64,000 nt of DNA from Candidatus Obscuribacterales bacterium (GCA_965228855.1 CBDDIJ010000003.1:3392001-3456000), one strand, 5' to 3'. Numbered from the stretch's first letter, positions 28,201 through 39,300 are shown. The notes: generated from the sequence alone by a model not told the origin. Translations and numbers: made by a program.

Positions 28201-31200
28201 CTTCCTTGGCAACGGCTCGCTAATCGACGCAGCCATGGCCTCGACTATCAATATAAACTCCGGTGGGGGTCCGAACTCGCTTACGATAGAACTCCCAGAT
28301 AACGGAACAGCTACGATTGTCACCACAGGCGGCACCATAAACATCGAGCCGACTGACGGCATGGACTTGTCCTTCACCAATCCTGGTGGCACCGGTCTAG
28401 CCGAGCTGAATCTGAACGGCGGTCCCGTTTTTACTGAAACATCCGCAGCCTCGACCTTTGTGAATGAAGGCGTGGCCTTGCGCTCCAATAATGCGCTTAC
28501 AATGGACGCGGGAAGCGGCGGAGGAATTAACGGATACGGTTTTCAACCCTACGTTGGCGATTATTTCAATGGCAATATGTTGCCGCAGTTTAACGCCTAC
28601 GACTTAGCCACTGTAAAAGCGCTTCTTCAGCAGTTAAAAGACGATGGCATAACAAATGTTTCCACCTACGGTCAGGGTAGTTTCACTTTCGCTGGAACGT
28701 TTTATGGTCCCGATACCTCCTCGGCAGGGTCGAACAAATACATAATTCAAGCAGCATACGAGCTTGGAATGACGGTCTCCGCCGGCGCGTTTCAACAAGA
28801 TCTCGTCGGCGATAATTTCGATATCAACAAAACTAAAGTCGAAATTCAATACATTCTCGACCAGGCGCAGAAATATCCTGGCACAGTGAAGGAAATCATT
28901 GTCTGCAATGAGTCGATTATGGGTTTAAACTCAACCAATCAACTCATTCAGCTGATTAGTGATGCCAAAGTCATGCGCGATAACACACCAGTTTCGGCGG
29001 GCTCAGATACAAAATTCAATGCCTCGACGCTACCTATTACGACGAGACAACAGTGGGGTGCGCTCGCCGGTGTGGATTCATTGCCGAATGGTGACCCGCT
29101 TAAACCAGTAATGAAGACACTGGTCACCACAGTCGAAGGACATATTTATGGAAATATGTATGCGTACTTCGACGGAGCACTCCCACAAAGTTATAACACC
29201 GCACCGGACGGTCAAACGGCTTTCGTCACGGCTGTCACCAACAGTATGACGGGAACGCTGAACGCGTTTCGAACCGCCTTTTCCAATCAGGGCGTAGCGA
29301 CGGAAATTCGAATCGGTGAGACTGGCTGGCCGAGCCTCGGTCTTAGACTCGGACCGCTTCCTCCGGCTCCGGCTCTTGGTGATTTGACTTTGGCGAAGTG
29401 GTACTACCAGGCTATGCGTGAGTGGGCTGCGACAGCAAACGTCACCACTACTTACTTCCAGAGCTACGATCAACCGTGGCAAACAGTTCCACTAGCAAAT
29501 GTCCCGACCAGCGTCGGATCTAGTGAGGGATATTTTGGTTTGTACCGGGCTATCGGAAACAACACAACGACGCAATTCACTTTGACAAGCATAGAATCGA
29601 AATTCGGTCCTGGTGCGGTCAATTCGCTGGGCAGCAACACTCGTATGCTCTCGAACGACGGTATAATCGCCGCCAACAATGTGTCAATAGCGACGCAACG
29701 CTTAGACAACGATGGAACGATATCCGCATTGAGTTCAACAGGCGGAGTTGCGGTGAGTAGCGTTACAGATCTAGCAGTGGTAGGGTCCGGCACGGTAAAT
29801 CGCACCGGCGGCGGTACCGGTGGAATTTCATTCACCTCGGCGGGAGCCAACGACATCGTCGTCGAAGGAAATCACACCTTCGACGCAGGGGCGGGAAATC
29901 CGGTCGCATTCAATGCTATCGCAGACGGCGCCTCATTTACTCTTGCCCAGGGCGCGTCGATCAATCTGCCGACCAACAATACCGCATTCAGTATCAACGC
30001 AGAACATATCATTTATAACGGAACGATCAACGACAATAGTATCGTCAATCCCGGCACAACTGTAACCTTCAACTCTGCAGATTCAAGCACGATTTCGAAT
30101 AGCGTCGGTGACCTGGATCTGAAAGGCGTTACAGTAAACGTTGCTACCGGCCATCTCGCCATACTAGCGAAAGGCAGCATCATTAACACAGGAGAGACCG
30201 CAAATATAAACGTCTCTTCCAATGTTGGTGCTGGCGGTAACGTTCTTATGATTGCCGGTCATAGTTTCCAAACTATCGATTTGGACGGAGAAGATGCAGT
30301 CTACGCCCTCGATGATGTAAGTACGTCGTCCGGTAATGTAGTTCTCACCGCGGCGGGTCATGAGATAAACATCAATACCTCGGGCGCGACAGATGCAGGC
30401 AACATCGAAATTTATGCAAATGGTTCCATATCGCTAAATAACATCACCGCAACCGGTGGCACAGGTAGTGGTGGCAATCTTACGATCCGAGGCTCCGGAA
30501 TTACAGTTCAGGGAGCGATCGATACGGCGGGCGCAACCGGCAGTGGAAGCGGCTCCGTAGACCTGCAATCGGGCGTTGTCGTACACAGCGGCGTTGATGT
30601 ACATGGTGGCAGAACCGAAAGCGGTACATTCTCGTTGGCTTCGTTTGCAGGAGATATTACTGTCGGCGATATTGCGACCAGTGAAGGTTCAGTAAGGCTA
30701 CAAACAGATGGAACCGGCACAATCAGACTCACTGGCGCGACGCCCGTGGCTCACGACATCAGTTTATTAGCTGGAACTGGAACGCTTGATCTTCCAACGA
30801 ATACAATAACCGCAGTTGAGGACACTGCAGGAAACGGCGGCGAGGTTCGCGTCAGTGCCTCTGCATTCACAAATCCGGCCACAATAATATTGAATGCAAT
30901 AGGCACTAACACTGGCGGTGCCGCGCATTACATAAACACATCAACAACAGCGCAGCAGCTTGATTCGACAAAAGTCCAGATTCACGCAAGAGGAGCTAAC
31001 GGAGGCTCCGCAGAGATCACCACGGGTGGTGACCTTACAATTGTGTCAGACGGTATCTTTGATGTTCAGCCTACTGGTGCAAATGGAAACGGGGCAGCTA
31101 TCAGTATTACTGCTGGTGCACTCGCGCCGGGCAATCTGCTCGTGTCCGGCAGCTTAAACGCCGGAGCAATGGGAACCGGCATCGGCGGCACCATAGAGCT

Positions 31201-33760
31201 AAACTCTAATTCTTCAGCGGATTTCGAGATCGGAAACTTCCGATCGAGCAATGGACTGACAGGCAGTATCGTGACTCAGGGAGCAGGCACGTCAACACCC
31301 GCATCTCTGCTCATCACAAATAGAGGCGGCGGCATCTACATCAAAGACATCTTGCCGGTCACTAGCAATTTGACTCTCAGCACCACGGGCGCAACAGCGG
31401 GAGACATAACCCTAAAGAAAGAGGTAACCGCAGCCGGGCATCTAACGATTTCGCTCGGGGGCACCGGACGTTTACAGTCAAAACTCTTGAGCGCAGACAC
31501 CATCCAACTACAGAGCGATTCTTCGAACATATCAGCGACGCTCCGAACCGATAGTCTGTCGGTCGCCTCTGGTGGTTCTGTCACTCTAAAAGTTATAGAA
31601 GACCTAAATGGCCCGCCGCCGGGTTCTCCTTTTTCGATAACAGCAGCGACAATCGCAGGCGATTTCAAAATTAGCGTTCTCGATGACATCCATGTCGATG
31701 GAGACATTGAAGCAGCCAACGTTTCACTTACTGCGAAAAATCATTTTATATACGCAAACGCAAACATCACGGCAAACGACACTAATGGTGTCGCCAGCCT
31801 CTACGCCACTGGCGCTATCGACGGACCAGCAACATCCGCAGTGATTCAAGCAAGCAAAGTCGAACTGATTGCAGGAGGAATCGGTGTAGGAAATTCGGTG
31901 CGAGTAAACACATCTCAACTCATCGCAGAAAGCGACGACGTTGTAAACGTCAACAGTGTGGGTTCCGCGTCCTTAAATCTCACGAAGGCATCCGCAAACA
32001 GCCAGTTCAACCTGACGGCATTGGGAACAGTCACCATCGCAACGAATATAAAATCAGCGACGAGCATTCTGGTCGACACCACTAGTGGTGCAGGCGATAT
32101 TCTTCTAACAAAGCGACTCGGTGGGTCAAACTTACAGCAGCTCGATCTAAGATCCGGCGCCGGCGACATCACGGGAGGAACAGCAACAGCCCTCAATGCG
32201 TTCATATCAACCACCGCTGGCGATGTTGGAACAGTCGGCAATCCGCTCGATCTCGAAGTGAGATACCTCACGGTTAACTCCGGCGGTTCCGCGCACATTT
32301 CAAATGCGAGCAAAAATTCACAGCTCGGCATCAGCAGCTCGTCAGGTGATTTCGTTTACGAAAACAAAGGCAGCGTTGCCTTGGATGACGTGTCAACCAC
32401 AGATGGCGCGATTCAAATTACCGCAAAGGGTCAGCTCGATGTTCTCGGTGATCTGTTGGCGAATTCAAATGGAGCCGCGGGTACTGCTACAATCACGCTC
32501 CAGTCGATTCCGAACAAGCAACGCGGTGTTCGTATTGACGATGGCAGCATGGTTGAAACATCCGGCGTGGGCGGTGGCGACGTCAAAATTTTTGTCGGTA
32601 AAAAGGAGCCGGCATGGACAACATCCCTGCCGGATGGTGCCAACGGTAATTTGGTCGTCACCACATCCGGTGGCGGTCAGGTATTCGTGAATGCAGATAC
32701 GGTTGAAGCCGCTGGTCCGGTATTTTTGAATGCCATCGGCAAAAATGTGTACATCTCAGGTGCTAGCGCACGAAACAAAGTCACGATAGGTGTCGGAGCC
32801 GTCATTACAGCGGACCCGCCTGTCACGGAAACGACCTCTTTAGATGTACTGAGGTCATTGGAACCTGCGAAAGTTTCATCGACATCAGCTTCTATTGAAA
32901 ACGAGCCGAGATTCACAGCATCGACGACACTGCCGCTTGAAACAGCGACATCTCAGGCTCTGGGTGTCGGGCTGAGCCCGAATTACTTGAACACTTCGCT
33001 TCTGAATCAAAGCACGAACGGTTCGGTTGCTATCGCATTGAACGGGGACGGTATGGAACTCGCGCGTTCGAATTCGCAAGGAGCGACCAGTTCGGTTCTA
33101 ACCACCGACTCGTTTAGAAACTCCGTTCTGGAGACCCCTTCTGTGTCAGCGGCACCGGAAGAGACTCAGTTCCTCGGTAGTACTGGTGACCGTTACAAGA
33201 ATGTCGACGCTGTTCTTCACTACGATGCGACGACCAAACACGTTATGGTTGAAAACAGCAACAAACTATTTGCGCCCGTAGTTGATACCACAGTAAACAC
33301 GCCAAACGGAACCGTTTCAATCGCGAAGAATTCACTGGTACTAGTAATGGTGCAACCAAATTCAGTGTCAGTCTTCGATCTGCATGATGAACACAAAGGA
33401 GCCGTGCGGATCTCCGAGGGAACGCATTCATTCACTTTACACCCTGGGCAACAAGCTACCATAACCAAATCTTCGGCAACGGAATTCCATGCAATAAATC
33501 CATCTGAACATTTCGGCTACCGGCACATGAGTCGAAGGGCGTTCGGAGATGCTTCATTCTTGTTCTCATCTGACGTTTCAATCCCGAGCATGATCTCAGC
33601 GACTAAACCGTTGAAGAGCCTGCTTAAATCAAACCACAACGTAGAACGAAGGATCGCAAATCAAATGGTAAAAACGGCAGCTGTTCTTACCGCCATAGAT
33701 AAGTCGACTACGCCTTATGACACCATGCCGCATCCGCGATTAATGGTCTGCAACAAGTAG
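25271..33760 (+). CDS. Giant secreted adhesin/haemagglutinin-like protein with embedded GH17-like domain
   Basis: 2829 aa, signal peptide, Gly/Thr/Asn-rich beta-helix-like repeats; IIVCNE and IRIGETGWPS clan GH-A motifs at about aa 1086-1426. Confidence 0.85.
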   Translation: MSWQSTPASRRLVLTSMFCLVSTQQAHAAQEQLGRHNSDHAARAQNQLAAEARREAMEQAREALHGAREAMNNARRSQIELRTPGFNAVESNRAARIELREDYRQTRRELRLEHTLLHNASRDAGNKTLASSPRLNSKSNESAGSKHLNKSAGRTSTRETRPPSAVSTISDTGALDRVIDLDLTSADSNIVLGRKMFRGEDSVTIRVGAEDKTFSAGSQVTAAEYVAIRQKLDGGSQLLELNAQGSAIGGSFELDTVVSRQVDDLVIPANVSGIEYFTRNNSTIRVGGDLTNYGSLIAASAKKNVDSGTIAGNNIFNMENGIIATGFPEQMDVTIISGGGGSIDIGGGSPQPEQPEPQFRNSLNLNLTLKADDDIVNLGKIASNRAINIEAGGSIVNGTAGQVSYEPIVEPPTGPSDNGSIIASGSITLIGSSGGGINLPGGKIYYLQDDPVYRQRELLNGSITARGDINLSSGNGSLTNYGNITAGSNHEYPRDINVTTPGKATDVNIEGTGGVFRTDFGNINVRDASYKGASNINMVGGDYLSKQLNLFSGSGTIEGNVGKVTGTLNTVAGIEHFYAATEMLTIGNNCITGDPTFANTTGDIQIVGLNTFGEAVAFLANGNITADSSAQIVANGFNVYMIAGAAITVSAGPETNSVPGTAIGAGTTATVDFSNGNGGSINLSTSNAGTIIDTSSSTGNGGDIVLAARSNGTVGGYVVLDVGTTIDSSSTFADANGGSITVLAGANPVTAAPSIQGGNFLSSALSGTGTAGTITLATAQPTATGGTSITFDSFGQVTAGGPVVAQALAPNAQINIGTVTAQSFSSANTVNISAGDSVITGAITAANDVTISSGVSIDASSIVSGGNVFLTTPVLINDGTITSSKTGGLITVQNAAGLSLGGTGSISLTGGGAGVILLDAGANNALAFTTSHTFNPGASGSLTWLSEDEGGSITIAPAITLTVNDGGTLNIGTPKLRFLGNGSLIDAAMASTININSGGGPNSLTIELPDNGTATIVTTGGTINIEPTDGMDLSFTNPGGTGLAELNLNGGPVFTETSAASTFVNEGVALRSNNALTMDAGSGGGINGYGFQPYVGDYFNGNMLPQFNAYDLATVKALLQQLKDDGITNVSTYGQGSFTFAGTFYGPDTSSAGSNKYIIQAAYELGMTVSAGAFQQDLVGDNFDINKTKVEIQYILDQAQKYPGTVKEIIVCNESIMGLNSTNQLIQLISDAKVMRDNTPVSAGSDTKFNASTLPITTRQQWGALAGVDSLPNGDPLKPVMKTLVTTVEGHIYGNMYAYFDGALPQSYNTAPDGQTAFVTAVTNSMTGTLNAFRTAFSNQGVATEIRIGETGWPSLGLRLGPLPPAPALGDLTLAKWYYQAMREWAATANVTTTYFQSYDQPWQTVPLANVPTSVGSSEGYFGLYRAIGNNTTTQFTLTSIESKFGPGAVNSLGSNTRMLSNDGIIAANNVSIATQRLDNDGTISALSSTGGVAVSSVTDLAVVGSGTVNRTGGGTGGISFTSAGANDIVVEGNHTFDAGAGNPVAFNAIADGASFTLAQGASINLPTNNTAFSINAEHIIYNGTINDNSIVNPGTTVTFNSADSSTISNSVGDLDLKGVTVNVATGHLAILAKGSIINTGETANINVSSNVGAGGNVLMIAGHSFQTIDLDGEDAVYALDDVSTSSGNVVLTAAGHEININTSGATDAGNIEIYANGSISLNNITATGGTGSGGNLTIRGSGITVQGAIDTAGATGSGSGSVDLQSGVVVHSGVDVHGGRTESGTFSLASFAGDITVGDIATSEGSVRLQTDGTGTIRLTGATPVAHDISLLAGTGTLDLPTNTITAVEDTAGNGGEVRVSASAFTNPATIILNAIGTNTGGAAHYINTSTTAQQLDSTKVQIHARGANGGSAEITTGGDLTIVSDGIFDVQPTGANGNGAAISITAGALAPGNLLVSGSLNAGAMGTGIGGTIELNSNSSADFEIGNFRSSNGLTGSIVTQGAGTSTPASLLITNRGGGIYIKDILPVTSNLTLSTTGATAGDITLKKEVTAAGHLTISLGGTGRLQSKLLSADTIQLQSDSSNISATLRTDSLSVASGGSVTLKVIEDLNGPPPGSPFSITAATIAGDFKISVLDDIHVDGDIEAANVSLTAKNHFIYANANITANDTNGVASLYATGAIDGPATSAVIQASKVELIAGGIGVGNSVRVNTSQLIAESDDVVNVNSVGSASLNLTKASANSQFNLTALGTVTIATNIKSATSILVDTTSGAGDILLTKRLGGSNLQQLDLRSGAGDITGGTATALNAFISTTAGDVGTVGNPLDLEVRYLTVNSGGSAHISNASKNSQLGISSSSGDFVYENKGSVALDDVSTTDGAIQITAKGQLDVLGDLLANSNGAAGTATITLQSIPNKQRGVRIDDGSMVETSGVGGGDVKIFVGKKEPAWTTSLPDGANGNLVVTTSGGGQVFVNADTVEAAGPVFLNAIGKNVYISGASARNKVTIGVGAVITADPPVTETTSLDVLRSLEPAKVSSTSASIENEPRFTASTTLPLETATSQALGVGLSPNYLNTSLLNQSTNGSVAIALNGDGMELARSNSQGATSSVLTTDSFRNSVLETPSVSAAPEETQFLGSTGDRYKNVDAVLHYDATTKHVMVENSNKLFAPVVDTTVNTPNGTVSIAKNSLVLVMVQPNSVSVFDLHDEHKGAVRISEGTHSFTLHPGQQATITKSSATEFHAINPSEHFGYRHMSRRAFGDASFLFSSDVSIPSMISATKPLKSLLKSNHNVERRIANQMVKTAAVLTAIDKSTTPYDTMPHPRLMVCNK

Positions 33761-33822
33761 CAAAACTATTTGCGAGAACTTAAAGACAGCAAAAATCGAA
33801 CGTTGCTGTTCCAACCACTCGG

Positions 33823-35484
33823 TTATTGTGGAACTGTACTTGTGACTCCAGCGATGCTTTCAGCTCGCGATTTGAACTGAATCCTTTGATCGTTCTGTCC
33901 CATGTAATACATGAGGTCAGCGTTTCTCTGTAGATATGGCATCAGCGAAATCGAGTTCGGTCCATAGTACTCTTCAGCGAGTCGAAGCGCTTCTTTCAGC
34001 ACGGGCTGAGCCTCATCGTACTTCTTCTCCATTACCAGAACATTGCCGAGAGCGAATGAAAGTCTGGCCTCACTGCCGTTTCTAGAGGGTTCTTTCTTCC
34101 AGAAATCGAGAGCTTTTCTATAGAGGGCCTCGGCTTCTTCATACTTTTTCTCTTTGATCAAACACTTCGCAAGTTTATCCATTCGCGGAAAAATCTTGCC
34201 GTAATCATCAGGCAAAACGCGCTCGGTGTGCTCAAGCGCATAGCGATACATGTTCTCAGCCTCGCTATCCTCATTCTTGTCCAAACAGATCGTACCGATG
34301 CTATCGAAGCTGTTTGCCAGCGACAAATGTTCTTTGCCGAGCACAGTTTCCTTGATATCTAGCGCTGCCTTGTATAAGCGATCGGCCATCTCGTAGTCTT
34401 TCTTTGCGCTAAACTGATTGCCGAGGGCGTCACAAGTAATTGCCCACTCAATGATAGGATCTCGCATGGACGGAGCGGCTTGTCCAGCCCATCCAGTGAG
34501 CGGCTGACCCTTCTTCAAAGTAACCGGGCCTTGAGCGCGGTTTCGACTTTCATCAATCCGGCCTTCCACAAAGTTCAGAAGCTGATCCGCTAAAGGCGCG
34601 GCTTTTGATGCAGTTCCATTTTCCAAGTAAAAACTGATCAAGTGACCAAGCGAAGGAATTATTTTTCCACTCTCGTCATCAATCGCACCTTCCTTGACAC
34701 GGAGCGCCTCTTCCAGCAACGGCTCAGCTTCTCCGAAGCGACCGCGAATGGTGTAGAGGCGAGCAAGCTCGTCGAGACTTCTGGCATATCGAAGGTCCTT
34801 GTCGCCAAAGACAACACCTTTTGTAATCGCTTGCTTCAAAGTACGCTCAGCGACTCCATATCGACCACTATCAATAGCTTCGGAGCCCGCTTTGTGCAGC
34901 GCAGCCCAACCATTATCGGGAAGCGCTTTGGCAGCATCCGCAGATTTAGCTATGCCCGTGGCAGCAGGTTTTACAGTTAACGCTTCAGGCTTTGATATTA
35001 CAGCCGCAGGTGTCGCAACGGTGCTGGCAGTAGTAGATCCCAACCTTGCAGGAGAGGAAACCGGTGTCCGGCTTGGAGCAACTGGAATTTGACCGGATGA
35101 TGAACGTTGGACCAAAGGCTGATTCTGCAGCGCTGGAACCGTACCCGGTCCCGGAGCCTGAGTTTGCATACCGACTGCACCGATGGGAGCAACCGGCTGG
35201 CGGCGAACCTCGGGCGCGGTTTGAACTACTTGCTGCCTCACGGTCGACGGCAGGCTTTGTTGTTGAGCTTGAGTCGCAGGTACCGGAATAATCAACTCAT
35301 CCGGCACGTCGAGCGGCAGTGTCTGCGGGATTGCAGGAGGAGCAGACTGATTGCTTGCTCCGGGCATCGGCACGTCCGCTTTCGCGGCGCCGGACAATCC
35401 TAGAAACAGGGTCAGGGCAAGAGGGATTAGGTTTCTGCCTGCAGGTACGAGAGGGTATATAAAAGACGTATATTGTGCTTTCAT
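33823..35484 (-). CDS. Secreted TPR protein (kinesin-light-chain-type repeats) with Pro-rich linker
   Basis: ARSLDELARLYTIRGRFGEAEPLLEEALRVKE and related 42-aa repeats; signal peptide. Confidence 0.9.
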   Translation of the reverse strand: MKAQYTSFIYPLVPAGRNLIPLALTLFLGLSGAAKADVPMPGASNQSAPPAIPQTLPLDVPDELIIPVPATQAQQQSLPSTVRQQVVQTAPEVRRQPVAPIGAVGMQTQAPGPGTVPALQNQPLVQRSSSGQIPVAPSRTPVSSPARLGSTTASTVATPAAVISKPEALTVKPAATGIAKSADAAKALPDNGWAALHKAGSEAIDSGRYGVAERTLKQAITKGVVFGDKDLRYARSLDELARLYTIRGRFGEAEPLLEEALRVKEGAIDDESGKIIPSLGHLISFYLENGTASKAAPLADQLLNFVEGRIDESRNRAQGPVTLKKGQPLTGWAGQAAPSMRDPIIEWAITCDALGNQFSAKKDYEMADRLYKAALDIKETVLGKEHLSLANSFDSIGTICLDKNEDSEAENMYRYALEHTERVLPDDYGKIFPRMDKLAKCLIKEKKYEEAEALYRKALDFWKKEPSRNGSEARLSFALGNVLVMEKKYDEAQPVLKEALRLAEEYYGPNSISLMPYLQRNADLMYYMGQNDQRIQFKSRAESIAGVTSTVPQ

Positions 35485-35621
35485 GAGATCGCTCGGCTGG
35501 TTTCAAAGGTTATTCTAATCAAAAGATCAGAAAAGTGCCTTAGCGTTATAACAGAAACCGACGTTCCGAAAGCTTTCAGTTACTCGTGATCACAAGCTGC
35601 TGAACAATGCCGAACATCTTC

Positions 35622-36239
35622 TCACAGCCGTCTAAACGAGCCATTCGCTATAGCGTTGAAGAACGCTTGCTCGTGGCTCCGGATCTCCGCGTAAGTGCCC
35701 TCGAGCCACATGTAACCACAGCCATTATGTGTCGGTGCCGTAGCCATCACCATGAGCGCCTCCCGTTTGCTCGGGGCGCCATTCGAGCCGATGAATTTCA
35801 ACTTGGCAACAAGCCTGGTAGTGCCGCCGATGGTGCGCATCTCCCATTTGCACTTATCCATATCCATGACGCTGCCTTCACGACAAAGCGCGCCACCATA
35901 TACGAAGCACTGACAAAGTGCACCATATACGAGACCATCATCGGGCCCACCCTCTTCGCCGTGAATATTTAGCAGTCTCGAAGGTTCAGCCTCGGAAAAG
36001 GTCTCCGAAAAGATGCGTTCCATCTCCTCTATATCGTCGTCCATCAGGGCTTCTGATGCCTGCTCGTAACAGATACGCACGTTGGAATTTGGCAGTTTGA
36101 ACTCGAGATAGTTAAATTCTTGCTGCTGCGGCGTCGCTTTCACCGGAGCAAAGCCGGCTGGAATAGTCATGCTTTCGATGCCACCATGATTGGTGATGGT
36201 CGATTCGCTCACTGCGGTGCCTCCCGATTTTTCGAACAT
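35622..36239 (-). CDS. Hypothetical acidic protein
   Basis: 205-aa ORF with AGGAG RBS, co-oriented and downstream of the large 36347 gene. Confidence 0.72.
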   Translation of the reverse strand: MFEKSGGTAVSESTITNHGGIESMTIPAGFAPVKATPQQQEFNYLEFKLPNSNVRICYEQASEALMDDDIEEMERIFSETFSEAEPSRLLNIHGEEGGPDDGLVYGALCQCFVYGGALCREGSVMDMDKCKWEMRTIGGTTRLVAKLKFIGSNGAPSKREALMVMATAPTHNGCGYMWLEGTYAEIRSHEQAFFNAIANGSFRRL

Positions 36240-36346
36240 GGATTCATCTCCTAATTATGATGTTAAAACCGGTTTCTTTCAAAGTCTTTGCGCACATTTA
36301 TACGAAAGACATTTCCAGGACGTTTTCGGAGCCGGACCGTGACCAT

Positions 36347-39300
36347 CTAACTGATCTTAAGAATTCCGTTTAAATACTTGCGTCTTCTTGCAGTATCGCT
36401 GTCGATTGCTTCAGTCATCTCCTCCTGAGCATCGCGGAAAGCCTGCAGTTTTTCTTGTTCCTCTTGTTCGAGTTGACGCTTGGCGCGCATATTGCGTATG
36501 AGCTGGTCGTCATTGCCGGAGCAGCTAAACTCGCAGCAGCCACCATCACATCCACCGCCGAAGCCGCGGAACAAACGAGGGAATAATCGAGGGAAGAAAC
36601 GTCCCGGTCGCCAGCGGCCGCCGCCGCCTCCCCAGCCACCGCCATCATATCCACCCGGGCTCGGGCCGATCGGTTGATCTTTGCACTCCGGCAGATCGAT
36701 GTCCGGGTTGTAGCGCATTCTGGTGCGTTGCACGTTCCAACTAGCCAGGTCAGTCACGGTACCATTGACGCGGCGTCCATTGTCACCGTGCTGCATACTG
36801 GCAACAAGCTTCCATTCGTTGCCATGTTTTTCGAGGGCACCAAGATACATGTGACCAGGCATCAAGCAGACGTAGCCGCCCTTCGTCAGAAGTTCTTGCT
36901 TCATGCTCGCACTAGTCATAGCGGATTCGCCCGTGACTTTCCAGGTATCGCCGGTGATTTTCTTCATTGCATGGTTCATAGCAGGTGCTGTGCCACCACT
37001 CGCGCCGCGATCGGTTCTACGACCATCAGCGGAAAGGTATGCCGCAACGCTGGTGAGAATTTCGGAGACGGGACTGCGTTGTGTATTGCCGCAGTTTTCA
37101 ATCGTCCAGTTGCCGCCTTGATTGGTGAACTTCAGCAAGTGTTGCGGTGGAGTCCACTGCTTGCCTTCCAGGTCTGTGTACTTGCCGGTGAGCGACAGTT
37201 CTGACAACATAGAAGCCATTTTGTCCGGATACTGAATGATACCGCAGTAGACACCACTGATCATCCAGCAGCATCCCCAGTTGCCCTGGTCATTTGCTTT
37301 CACCGGAGCAGCCATTGCGAACGCCATGTTCTCTACCAACTTGGCGCGCGTCTTCAAATCGTACTGAGCGTTCGGTGCGTTTGCATCGAGCATCTTCGCC
37401 ATGTGGTCGTATGCTTTCGAGATCTTCTGATCCCATTCTTCCATCGATTTATTCTGGTCCAGACCGCCTGCAACTTGCGCTTCAACACGCTCTTTGCCAC
37501 GTTTCTCAAAACGATCGAGAATAATCTGGAAACGTTTCTTCTGCGCCTCATCCAGATGTGACTCCATGAGTTCGGTCAGCCGCTCGCGCGCTTCTTCGAC
37601 GCTATCGGAAAATCCGCCTTCTGCGCCGCGATCACCGACTTTAGCAATCTTGTCTTTGCCCTGGCTGTCGATGTAGTTGTAGGTTCCGTTGTCGTTCAAC
37701 CTGACGTTATGACGAGCTGTAACTTTTCCATCAGGACTGACTTTCGCCCAAGAATTACTCCACTGACCGTTCTCAGGTACACGCCGGTATTCGTCAACGA
37801 CCTTCTGTCCGTTCTCCGTCGGCTTCGAGTCGACGTATCCGATTGCCTCACCGCTAGCATCCCGAGAGAACGTGCGCATGTGCCCCTTAGGACTTACGAC
37901 TCTAGCGAGATAGTCCTTACCGTTTATCGTTTCATACGACTGCCAGGAGCCATCCGCGGTGCTGGATATTTTCTGACCGTCGGTATCGGTATAGAACACT
38001 GCACCATCTGCGGTAGCACGCATATCCTTGCCGGCAATGAGTCGGGTTTCGCCCGTTTTTCTGGTTTCATTGACAGAAACGAGCTTGTTGCCGTCCCAGT
38101 TGAATGTTCTAGTGACACCACCGTCTTTAGAGGTAGTTCTAACAACCTGTCCGGCGGAGTTTACTTCTGACATCGAACCATCGGCGTTCTTCACGACACA
38201 CGAACCGTCGAGATTGATCGAATGGACGGCACCATTTCCATCGGTGATTTGCGTCATGCCGTTGACCAGGGTTTCGATTTTTTGAATCGGTTTATGTCCA
38301 GCTTTATCAGGCATGTACATATTGGACATTGTGTCGAGCGAATATTTCACTTGCTCGCCGTTCGCCAGCGTTTCAGTAATCTGGGTAGCTTGACCGCCAA
38401 GCTGTCTCTGAATATCGAGCTTGGTGCCATTTTGACGCTCCAGCGCAAGCAAGTTGCGATTCATATCAAAGATAGCGCGAGAACCTTGTCCGTTGTCCTG
38501 GAGCATGTATTGCGAACCGTCCAGTTTGAAAACGGTCCACAGCCCATCCGTGTTTCGTCCGTGAACGGCGCCTTCCTTATATGCGTAGGTACCATCCTTG
38601 CCAACAGCGATTTCGCCGGTCCAGTGGTCCTGAGATATTACATTCCCATTAGCATCGGTAACCGAATATTTCCATTGATTGGTGTTGCCCTCGCGCTCGT
38701 ATGTGTGAACGCGTCCATTTTCAGCGCTACCAATCTGGGCACGCGTCACCTGTCCGGTCTCAGGACTGTACTGAATTCCATGTACTCTTAAACCGTTTAC
38801 GTCCTTCAGCTCGGTAAACCGGCCTTCTTTATCGAATTGGAAAGAAGAGCCATTAGGATTTTGATTAAGCTCCAAGCCACCACCGGTGATGGTGTGCTTG
38901 ATGTTGTCGGCGGTAGTCCACGTGATATTTCCATTGTCGGCAACTTCGATACTGGAGCGTTCTTGCGCAGGATTTTGATTGGAAACCCACTTGTCTCCGG
39001 TCTTGACCCAGGATACAGACTTTCCATCAGCGCTCAATTCATTGACTTGAGTGAGTTCGCCTTTTTCTCTCACGCACTCGACGCGAGACTGATCCGGTCG
39101 AGTGACTTGTTGTACAGAATTATCGTCGTTGAACGAAACACGCGCGCCCGATTGAATAGTACGTTCGATTTGAATGCTGCCGTCAGCTTTCTCTGCGCGC
39201 CACTTTCCTTCGTTGTCTAATTGAAAAGATAAAACTCCGTCCTTAGTGAATTGGATGTCACCAGGAAGTTCAGCACGTAGACCACCGATCTCCGCGAACC

